Below, piece after piece: positions 18,706 to 26,038 of a stretch of DNA of 35,107 bases; position 1 is the stretch's first letter; every line of letters begins with the position of its first letter. Made by a program: the position numbers and the translations under genes. The notes beneath the pieces were generated by a model, which saw only the letters and a program-made list of their open reading frames with translations, was not told the DNA's origin and made no database searches. The stretch lies in the NCBI GenBank assembly GCA_023250495.1, contig JAHFAP010000009.1, positions 1 to 35,107 of the forward strand. Reading direction: 5' to 3'. This stretch comes from Deltaproteobacteria bacterium. GTDB lineage: Bacteria; Desulfobacterota; Binatia; UBA9968.

Positions 18706-19813
18706 GTTTGTTCTCTCTTCCTTCCTCCTGGGAGGCTGGCTTATCACCGAGGCTCTCGAGCTTGGATCGGACGCGCTGCCAAATTCTGCGCGGAAGCCTT
18801 TCCGACTTCTCGTTCCCCATGTCGCCGGTCTCGCCGAGCACTTCTATAATGTGGCGATTGACGTCGTGCGAGACCGTCTCCTTCGCCGCGCGGACGGCGT
18901 TTTTGATTTCCTTGGGACCGGCGCCGCCGTGAGCGACAATGGCTACCCCATTCAAGCCCAACAACGGAGCCCCACCATACTCGGTATGATCCAGACGGGC
19001 ATAGGCACGATGTAGGGACTTCCGGCTCAGGAGATAGCCTAAACGACTGAGAGCGCTCTGCTGAACGGCTTCTTTGAGCGCTCCAACCATGAAACCGGCC
19101 AGGCCTTCGATCGTCTTGATCGTTACGTTGCCCGTAAAGCCATCGCACACAACGACGTGAACCTCGCCGCTGAAAATATCTGTTCCCTCCACATAGCCGA
19201 TGTAATTCAAGGAGGTGTCGGCAAGCTGTTCGCTCGCGGCCCTCGTCAGATCGTTCCCTTTTCCCTCTTCCTCTCCATTGCTCAACACTCCCACGCGCGG
19301 GGAAGGAACACCCAGGACTCGCTCGGAGTAGATGGAACCCATGAGGCCGAACTGAACCAGATGGCGCGGCTTGCAGTCCACGTTGGCCCCGGCATCTATA
19401 ATAACCGTCCCTTTGCCACGCGTGGGAATCACCACCAAGATTGCCGGCCGATCCACCTGCGGGAGATTCCCCAGGACGAACATCCCGGTGGCCATCATGG
19501 CCCCGGAGTTTCCCGCGCTGACCACGGCCTGAACCCGCCCCTGCCGCATTAACTCACAAGCGACCGCCATCGACGAGTCGCGCTTTTTCAGCGCCGCGCT
19601 CGGGGATTCATCCATGGCCACGGTCTCGGAGGCCGGCACAACCTCAATCGAAGACGCCGTGGGCGCATGTTGTGAGAGCGTTTGTTCTATGACTTCCTTC
19701 TGACCGACAAGGATGATCTGGACTTCAAGGTCCCTGGCGGCCAGCAGCGCGCCCTCCACTACGGCGCCCGGCGCGCGGTCGCCTCCCATCGCGTCAACGG
19801 CGATCTTCAGCAT
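18689..19813 (-). CDS. plsX: Phosphate acyltransferase PlsX, with a basic/acidic C-terminal extension
   Basis: It begins MLKIAVDAMGGDRAPGAVVEG. At 374 aa it carries roughly 35 extra C-terminal residues (…KSERLPRRIWQRVRSKLESLGDKPASQEEGRENKRGGKG). Confidence 0.93.
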   Translation of the reverse strand: MLKIAVDAMGGDRAPGAVVEGALLAARDLEVQIILVGQKEVIEQTLSQHAPTASSIEVVPASETVAMDESPSAALKKRDSSMAVACELMRQGRVQAVVSAGNSGAMMATGMFVLGNLPQVDRPAILVVIPTRGKGTVIIDAGANVDCKPRHLVQFGLMGSIYSERVLGVPSPRVGVLSNGEEEGKGNDLTRAASEQLADTSLNYIGYVEGTDIFSGEVHVVVCDGFTGNVTIKTIEGLAGFMVGALKEAVQQSALSRLGYLLSRKSLHRAYARLDHTEYGGAPLLGLNGVAIVAHGGAGPKEIKNAVRAAKETVSHDVNRHIIEVLGETGDMGNEKSERLPRRIWQRVRSKLESLGDKPASQEEGRENKRGGKG

Positions 19814-19830
19814 AGAAAATGGAAAGAAAC

Positions 19831-20013
19831 TCAGCCCTCTTCAACGGGAACTACAGCCCTGCCGCGATAGGTGCCACAACTGGGGCAAGCGCGATGCGGA
19901 AAGGAGGCTTCCCCACATTTAGGACACGTGCTCCATTGGGGCGCCACCAAAGCGTCGTGGGACCGGCGTTTATTTTTCTTGCTCCTGGAAGTTCTTCTCT
20001 TGGGTACTGGCAT
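19831..20013 (-). CDS. rpmF: 50S ribosomal protein L32
   Basis: It begins MPVPKRRTSRSKKNKRRSH and has a CxxC...CxxC zinc knuckle. Confidence 0.95.
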   Translation of the reverse strand: MPVPKRRTSRSKKNKRRSHDALVAPQWSTCPKCGEASFPHRACPSCGTYRGRAVVPVEEG

Positions 20014-20080
20014 CTCTCATTTCCCTTCTTCCCCTTCCCCACTAGCGGCAGGAGGAAAGGAGCGAAAAATCGGCGGAAGG

Positions 20081-20617
20081 CTACTGATCCAACTTCATGG
20101 CGCGGAAAAGGGCCATGCGCGGATCGCGTTGCGAAGCGGCGCAGCGACAGGGGTCTTCGTTGAGATCCACACCGCAGCCTGGGCAAAGCCCACGGCAGTC
20201 TTCATTGCACAGGGGGCGCGTCGGAAGGGTCAGCAAAACCTGCTCCCGAATAAACGGGGCGAGATTGATCTCCTCTTCGCTGTAGAAACTCAAACCCATC
20301 TCGTCGCGGTTCAACTCCTTGCTTTTGACCGAAGACGGGTCGGGTGTCAAGACGAAGTCAACCTCCTTCTCCAGCGGAAACGAATAGCTCTTGAGACAGC
20401 GGCTGCAATACCCCTCGATCGTTCCCCCGATCGAGCCGTGAAAAAACAGCTCCCGGCCGGACCGATAATAGGCCAGGCGAACATCAACAAGCGGGGGAAA
20501 ACGGAAATCCCTGACGCGCTCTTCACCGTAAAGCAGATTTAACTCCTCGATCCCTTCCGTGAAGGTCAGATCCTTGGGGGATTCCGTGATCTGATTGACC
20601 AAAATCTTCATGCTCAT
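20081..20617 (-). CDS. yceD: YceD/DUF177 family protein
   Basis: 178 aa with a C-terminal Cys cluster (CNEDCRGLCPGCGVDLNEDPCRC) and the conserved yceD-rpmF-plsX synteny. The start may be the second ATG at 20611. Confidence 0.85.
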   Translation of the reverse strand: MSMKILVNQITESPKDLTFTEGIEELNLLYGEERVRDFRFPPLVDVRLAYYRSGRELFFHGSIGGTIEGYCSRCLKSYSFPLEKEVDFVLTPDPSSVKSKELNRDEMGLSFYSEEEINLAPFIREQVLLTLPTRPLCNEDCRGLCPGCGVDLNEDPCRCAASQRDPRMALFRAMKLDQ

Positions 20618-20644
20618 CCACGGCAGGATGAAAAACAGGTTTTT

Positions 20645-20672
20645 AGTATAGTGAATTCTCCCTGGTTGTCAA
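20645..20672 (-). promoter_or_regulatory. Sigma70-type promoter of the yceD-rpmF-plsX-fab operon
   Basis: On the minus strand: TTGACA (20672-20667), a 16-nt spacer, then TATACT (20650-20645). It lies 27 nt upstream of the yceD ATG. Confidence 0.6.
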
Positions 20673-20757
20673 GTTAAATGGCAGGTGGAAAAACAGAAAA
20701 GACCGTGGTTTTTTAAGGACTTCCAGATCGTCAGGGCTTAGCAGAGCGGCCGGTTTC

Positions 20758-21183
20758 TCAATTCACCTGTTGGGCTTCCAGAGACATCGCACGGGAAAGC
20801 GCCGCAAAGAACTTCTGGTACGGATCGGGATCTAAGACCGGAGTCACATTGTATCTGGCGTTAGCTCGAACAAGAAGCTGGGTCGGTCCCTGAGGGCGGA
20901 CCGTCACCGTCATCCGAAGGGAGTAGTGGTCCAATTTGGTTCCGCTGACCGACCCCAGAGCATGGTCGGCGTGGTCGACGACAAAGCCCAAATCCTGCAG
21001 CGTTGCGATGAGAGTCCGCAACATCTTTTCGCGGTCCGTTGTTTCAAAGGCGCGGCTCCGAACGCTTTCAATCTTGATCTGGCTCTCGCGAGCCCCCGAA
21101 AGATCGCGAGCGGCGTATTCACACGCGCTCAGCCCTGCGATGATCAGGAGCCAGGCGCAGATACCGCGGAATATTTTGGCCAC
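20758..21183 (-). CDS. Lipoprotein of unknown function (paralog B)
   Basis: The start is GTG at 21183 (VAKIFRGICAWLLIIAGLSA-C lipobox), 1 nt after the stop of paralog A. It shares FET(T/E)D...LQDL(G/E)F...LG(S/L)V and DP(D/E)xY(Q/R)xFFxxLSxAxSLE with paralog A. Confidence 0.65.
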   Translation of the reverse strand: MAKIFRGICAWLLIIAGLSACEYAARDLSGARESQIKIESVRSRAFETTDREKMLRTLIATLQDLGFVVDHADHALGSVSGTKLDHYSLRMTVTVRPQGPTQLLVRANARYNVTPVLDPDPYQKFFAALSRAMSLEAQQVN

Positions 21184-21184
21184 G

Positions 21185-21736
21185 CTAAAACTCACGCGGC
21201 TCCAGAGAAACCGCTTTGGACAGCTTTTCAAAAAATACCCTATAGGTTTCAGGATCTTCCAGCAGCTCCGATTTTGCCACCTTGTCCTCAGTGTCCCACA
21301 CGACCCGCTGAAATGTAACACGCACAGCGACGCTTTTGTCGTTTTCCCCGAGTCTGGTTACGACCGACGCCCTCACCAACCGCTCCTTACTAATCGGCAT
21401 CGCCTGGGGGAAGCGGAGAGCCGTTGTAATGATTGCCACCGCAGCCGACGCCGCGATTTCCCCCACGTTGTACGCCGACTCCTTCTTCGAGCCTGCGACC
21501 AGTCCCAGCTTGGTCTCGCTTTCATCAATGGTAAATTCCAAATCCTGGAGAACGGCAGTGCCGGCGCTGAGCAGGGCCTGCTCATCTTCGGTCTCGAAGC
21601 GCCGGGTTTGCAGCTTGCGAAGCGCCGGGCTTTCCTGAGACAACTGCAGCGCCTCCTTCGGGATCTGTTGTAGCGCACACCCGGAAACCGTGGCGACCGC
21701 AATGAAGACCAGCAGGCTTTTTCTTAACATGAACAT
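21185..21736 (-). CDS. Lipoprotein of unknown function (paralog A)
   Basis: The start is ATG at 21736 (MFMLRKSLLVFIAVATVSG-C lipobox). The 52-codon upstream extension in the ORF track runs through a hairpin repeat and is not supported. Confidence 0.65.
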   Translation of the reverse strand: MFMLRKSLLVFIAVATVSGCALQQIPKEALQLSQESPALRKLQTRRFETEDEQALLSAGTAVLQDLEFTIDESETKLGLVAGSKKESAYNVGEIAASAAVAIITTALRFPQAMPISKERLVRASVVTRLGENDKSVAVRVTFQRVVWDTEDKVAKSELLEDPETYRVFFEKLSKAVSLEPREF

Positions 21737-21783
21737 GTCGAATTCGATGATAACTCTTGAGAAGCAACTTAAGCAATCCCCAA

Positions 21784-21844
21784 GTGACTCGTGTTCGTGG
21801 CTCGTGTTCGTGAGCCCACGAGCACGCAACACGATCACGAGCGC
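21784..21844. repeat. CGTG-type heptamer-phased hairpin in the divergent promoter region
   Basis: gtgactc gtgttc gtggctc gtgttc gtgagc faces ccacgagc acgcaac acgatca cgagcgc. About 21 of 26 positions pair around a 4-nt loop (agcc). Confidence 0.8.
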
Positions 21845-21911
21845 GATCGAAGCAGATGGGCGTTTTTTAACGGACTGTGACATTCTTGACAAAGGCGGAG
21901 CAAGCGTTTAC

Positions 21912-22661
21912 ATGAAGTTGCTCATGGTTGAGGTACGCGGCCTGACAAAGTACTACGGTGAATTTCGCGCCATTCAAGGCGTCTCCTTTACGGCCCAGCG
22001 AGGAGAGATCCTCGGTCTTCTCGGACCGAACGGGGCCGGCAAGACGACCACGATGCGAATCATCACCGGCTTCATGCCGGCCACCGAAGGAACGGCCACC
22101 GTGGATGGTTTTGACGTCTCGGCGGAATCCCACGAGGTGCGCAGGCGCATCGGCTACCTGCCGGAAAGCCCGCCGCTCTATCACGACATGACCGTGAGCT
22201 CCTATTTGAATTTCGTCGGGCGCATCAAAGGGGTCGGCAGAAGCGACCTCGCGAGCGCGTTGGAGAGAGTGCTGGAAAAGTGCTTTCTCACCGAAGTTGC
22301 CTCACGCATCGTGAGCCGGCTTTCCAAAGGTTACCGGCAGCGGGTCGGGTTGGCCCAGGCGCTTATCCATAACCCGCCGGTGCTCATCTTGGACGAGCCC
22401 ACGATCGGGCTCGACCCCAAGCAAATCATCGAAATCCGCGGCTTGATCAAAGAGCTCGCCAGCGAGCGGACGGTCATCCTCTCAACTCACATCCTGCCCG
22501 AGGTGTCGCAGATCTGCGGCAAGGTGGTCATCATCAACGAAGGCAGGGTCGTGGTGGAAAAAAATCTAAACGAGCTGGCGCAAGGCGGAAGCCTGGAAGA
22601 AGTCTTCCTGCGCCACATTTCCAAAGAGGTCGGGGAAAAAGAAGGGAACGTTTCGAACTAG
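21912..22661 (+). CDS. ABC transporter ATP-binding protein (ABC-2 / GldA-like)
   Basis: The start is ATG at 21912 (MKLLMVEVRGLTKYYG). It has Walker A GPNGAGKTT, signature LSKGYRQR and Walker B VLILDEPT. Confidence 0.92.
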   Translation: MKLLMVEVRGLTKYYGEFRAIQGVSFTAQRGEILGLLGPNGAGKTTTMRIITGFMPATEGTATVDGFDVSAESHEVRRRIGYLPESPPLYHDMTVSSYLNFVGRIKGVGRSDLASALERVLEKCFLTEVASRIVSRLSKGYRQRVGLAQALIHNPPVLILDEPTIGLDPKQIIEIRGLIKELASERTVILSTHILPEVSQICGKVVIINEGRVVVEKNLNELAQGGSLEEVFLRHISKEVGEKEGNVSN

Positions 22662-22662
22662 C

Positions 22663-23436
22663 ATGCGCAACATCTTGACCATCGCCGGGAAAGAGATCCG
22701 TTCTCTCTTCGTCTCCCCGATCGCCTACGTGGTGCTGACCGGCTTCCTGCTGTTGGGCGGATGGTTTTTCTTTAATCTCCTGTTCCGCTTCAATTATCTG
22801 CTGACCTTATATACGGGCTTGCAAAACTCCGAAGGCTTGCAGAGCCTTAACCTCAATGAGTACGTGATGGCGCCGCTGCTTCACAACCTCACCATCGTGC
22901 TCGTGATCATGATCCCGATCATCACCATGCGCGCTTTCGCCGAAGAAAAGAGAAGCGGAACCTACGAGCTGCTTTTGACCTCCCCGCTCACGGTCACAGA
23001 AATCGTTCTGGGCAAGCTCCTCGGCGCCGTCGCCTTTATCGCCGTGATGATCCTGCTCACCGGGATCTATCCGGTGATTCTGCTTTTCTATGGGAACCCG
23101 GAGTTGGGGATCGTGGCCTCGGGCTATCTGGGACTATTCCTTCTAGGGGCGGTTTTCGTTTCCGTAGGACTCCTGACATCGTCGCTGACCGAAAACCAGA
23201 TTGTCGCCGCCGTGACTTGCTTCGTCGTCCTGCTGCTCCTTTACGTCATCTCCTGGCCGGTCGAGACCGCCGGAGCTGTCCTGGGCGGCGCGCTCAAATA
23301 TCTCTCGGTCGTCGATCATTTCGGGGAAATGGTGAAAGGCCTCATCGACACTCAGGACATCGTCTATTTTCTCAGCTTGATCGTTCTCAGCCTTTTCCTC
23401 ACTTACCGCTCTGTGGAGGCATCGCGCCAAAGTTAA
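22663..23436 (+). CDS. ABC-2 type transporter permease (GldF-like)
   Basis: 257 aa with about 6 TM segments, starting 1 nt after the ATPase stop. Confidence 0.85.
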   Translation: MRNILTIAGKEIRSLFVSPIAYVVLTGFLLLGGWFFFNLLFRFNYLLTLYTGLQNSEGLQSLNLNEYVMAPLLHNLTIVLVIMIPIITMRAFAEEKRSGTYELLLTSPLTVTEIVLGKLLGAVAFIAVMILLTGIYPVILLFYGNPELGIVASGYLGLFLLGAVFVSVGLLTSSLTENQIVAAVTCFVVLLLLYVISWPVETAGAVLGGALKYLSVVDHFGEMVKGLIDTQDIVYFLSLIVLSLFLTYRSVEASRQS

Positions 23437-23447
23437 GCCAAAGTCAG

Positions 23448-24989
23448 ATGAGCAAGGTCCTACAGATTTCCGGGCTTTCCGGCATCGTTCTCACCGCTTT
23501 CGGCCTGATCGCTCTCTTTTTCACCGAAAACGCGCTGGACCCGTATGTCCTTATACATCTTGCGCTCGGGGTCGTGTGCCTGGCGGCCTATCTCGCAACT
23601 CAGGGCGGCAGTTTCCTGGTTTCCCTGCGCCGCCGCTCCACGCGCTACGGCCTGCACGCAACGCTGTATTCCGTGCTTCTCGTAGCAGTCTTGGTCCTGC
23701 TTAACTTTCTCAACACGCGATATCACTACCGCTGGGATCTGACCGAGGCCAAAGTCTTCAGCCTGTCGCCTCAGACGAACAAGGTGCTCGGACAGCTCAA
23801 GCAGGACCTGCAGATTTACGGCTTCTTTGAAAAAGGCGAGAACCCCAAGGTGACCGATCTCATCAAGAGTTACACGTATCATTCCCCGCTGGTTAAATTC
23901 ACCGCGGTCGACCCAGACCGCCATCCGGAGATGACCAAGCAGTTCAAGATCCAGCAGGTAAACACCTTGCACGTCGGCTACGGACAGGAATCCACGAACC
24001 TCACAGAGAGCACCGAAGAGGCGATCACGAACGCCATCATCAAGCTCACCAAGGCGACGAAGAAGAACGTCTTGTTTCTGACCGGCCACGGCGAGCCCAA
24101 ACTAGACGACCGGGAAAACCCGCAGGGATATGCCGCGGCCAAGGAGGCGCTGGAGAACGAAAACTATCAGGTGAAAGAGTTCCTGCTCTCGACTCAGGAG
24201 AAGGTGCCGCCGGAAACTTCGCTGCTCATCATTGCCGCGCCGGAAAAACCGCTGCTGGAGCATGAGACCGGAGCGATCGAAAGCTACTTGAAAAGCGGCG
24301 GGAGACTCCTGGCTCTGTTCCCTTCGCCCGGCGGCGAGAGCCTCAAGGGCTTCCTCCGGACATGGAGCGTGGAGATAGGCGATGATATTGTCGTGGACCA
24401 GGTCATTCGCCTGTTCGCCGGCCCCACCTTGGGGATGGAGCCCATTGCCGACAGCTACAGCACCGTCCACCCGATCACCCGGGATTTCAAGGAGCGCACG
24501 CTCTTTCCTCTCGTCCGCTCCGTCGAGGCCGCCAAAGAACCCAAGAACGGGCTCGAGGTAACCTCTCTGGTCAAGACCAGCTCGACCAGCTGGGCGGAGA
24601 AAGATCTGAACGGAGTCTTCAAACAGGGAAGGGCCTCTTTGGGGCCGGAGGACAAAAAGGGGCCGATCTCGGTCGCCGTCGCGGTGACCGCCAACCTCAA
24701 AAAACTCGGTGTCGAACGAGACGGCGACGTCAAATTGGTAGCGGTCGGAACCGCTGCCTTTGCCAATAACCGATTCATCAACATTTTTTTCAATCGCGAT
24801 TTTTTCCTTAATGCCGTTAACTGGCTGGTCGGACAGGAGGAGCTGATTTCCATCCGGCCGCGATCGGTCCGCTCCTCTCGGGTGCAGCTCACCGAGGGAG
24901 AAGGCGCGGCGATATTCTACCTCTCTTTCCTGATCCTGCCAGAGATCCTCCTCATCATCGGCCTTGGCGTATGGTGGAGGAGGAGATAA
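23448..24989 (+). CDS. GldG-like ABC transporter auxiliary protein
   Basis: The start is ATG at 23448 (MSKVLQISGLSG...). N- and C-terminal TM segments flank a large soluble domain, giving the typical A-F-G gene order. Family assignment rests on architecture and context. Confidence 0.7.
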   Translation: MSKVLQISGLSGIVLTAFGLIALFFTENALDPYVLIHLALGVVCLAAYLATQGGSFLVSLRRRSTRYGLHATLYSVLLVAVLVLLNFLNTRYHYRWDLTEAKVFSLSPQTNKVLGQLKQDLQIYGFFEKGENPKVTDLIKSYTYHSPLVKFTAVDPDRHPEMTKQFKIQQVNTLHVGYGQESTNLTESTEEAITNAIIKLTKATKKNVLFLTGHGEPKLDDRENPQGYAAAKEALENENYQVKEFLLSTQEKVPPETSLLIIAAPEKPLLEHETGAIESYLKSGGRLLALFPSPGGESLKGFLRTWSVEIGDDIVVDQVIRLFAGPTLGMEPIADSYSTVHPITRDFKERTLFPLVRSVEAAKEPKNGLEVTSLVKTSSTSWAEKDLNGVFKQGRASLGPEDKKGPISVAVAVTANLKKLGVERDGDVKLVAVGTAAFANNRFINIFFNRDFFLNAVNWLVGQEELISIRPRSVRSSRVQLTEGEGAAIFYLSFLILPEILLIIGLGVWWRRR

Positions 24990-24993
24990 AAAG

Positions 24994-25947
24994 GTGCGGC
25001 CGCGCCATACCCTGATCTTAGCTGTCATCCTTGTCCTCCTGGGCGCTTACGTCTATTTCTTCGAGCTTCAAAAAGGAGAAAAAGGGAAATCCGAAAGGCT
25101 GTTCAATTTCAAGGAGGACGAAGTGGCGAGCGTCGCCCTCAGGTATCCACAGCAGGAGATCCAGCTGCAAAAGGATTCTTCAGGCAAGTGGAAGCTCATC
25201 CAGCCCCTGCAGGCGGACGCGGACAAATCCATCATCATCAGCATCCTTGCAGCTCTGAGCGCAGGCGATATCAAAAGGACTCTGGAGAAAAAGCCCAGCC
25301 CTGAAGACATCAAGAGCTTCGGACTCGACCGGCCCACAGTCAAGGTTTCGATCACGCTTAAGAGCGGCCTCACTCTGACCACGCTCATCGTAGGCGCGAA
25401 AACGCCGCTGGGGGATTCAGCCTACATCCAGCGGGGCAGCGATCCTGCCGTCTATCTAACGGGCGCCGCACTGGCATTCGTGCTGGCGAAGGAACCCAAC
25501 GACTTGAGAGACAAGACGATCCTCGCCTTTCCGCAAGAGCAGGTGGCCAGGCTTGGAATCCAGACACCCCAGGAATCTCTGGTCCTGACCAAGGGCGAGA
25601 AAGAGCAGTGGACCCTAGAGACGCCGCTGAAGAAAAATGCCAAAGCGGACGCAGTGAGCGATTACCTTGCGGCGCTGGCGCAGCTCAGGGCAAAGACGTT
25701 TGTCGACGATCAACCCAGGGAGCTAAAAAAATATGGTCTCGATCCCGCCGCGCTGAAGATCTCCGTCGATGGAAAGGACGGAAAAAACCTGGCGACCCTC
25801 CAGATCGGAGGCAAAAGCGGCGAAACCTATTATGCCAGGCGGGAGGGAAATCCTACCGTCTATGCGATCGACGAGTCCTCTTACGCACAGCTGCGCAAGC
25901 AGCTCGCCGACTTCCTCGCGGAGGAAAAACAGGAGCCGAAGAAGTAA
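24994..25947 (+). CDS. DUF4340-like protein (fourth gene of the GldAFG-like operon)
   Basis: The likely start is GTG at 24994, after GGAGGAGGAG (24976-24985). It has one N-terminal TM segment (HTLILAVILVLLGAYVYFF). The repeated ~100-aa modules are typical of proteins that follow gldG-like genes. Confidence 0.6.
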   Translation: MRPRHTLILAVILVLLGAYVYFFELQKGEKGKSERLFNFKEDEVASVALRYPQQEIQLQKDSSGKWKLIQPLQADADKSIIISILAALSAGDIKRTLEKKPSPEDIKSFGLDRPTVKVSITLKSGLTLTTLIVGAKTPLGDSAYIQRGSDPAVYLTGAALAFVLAKEPNDLRDKTILAFPQEQVARLGIQTPQESLVLTKGEKEQWTLETPLKKNAKADAVSDYLAALAQLRAKTFVDDQPRELKKYGLDPAALKISVDGKDGKNLATLQIGGKSGETYYARREGNPTVYAIDESSYAQLRKQLADFLAEEKQEPKK

Positions 25948-26038
25948 GGGTTAAGTGCACGTGTTCTTGTGACAAGTCGCACACATTGCAAAAATTCCCC
26001 TTGCCCGAAAAGTCGCACCTCGGTTAGACTTACGCTCC

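Noticed and set aside
6927-21844. Heptamer arrays as CRISPR arrays or as IS/MITE terminal repeats
   Set aside because: The units are 7 nt with no unique spacers, and there are no cas genes. I could not identify target-site duplications or transposase remnants. They behave like short tandem/inverted intergenic repeats instead.
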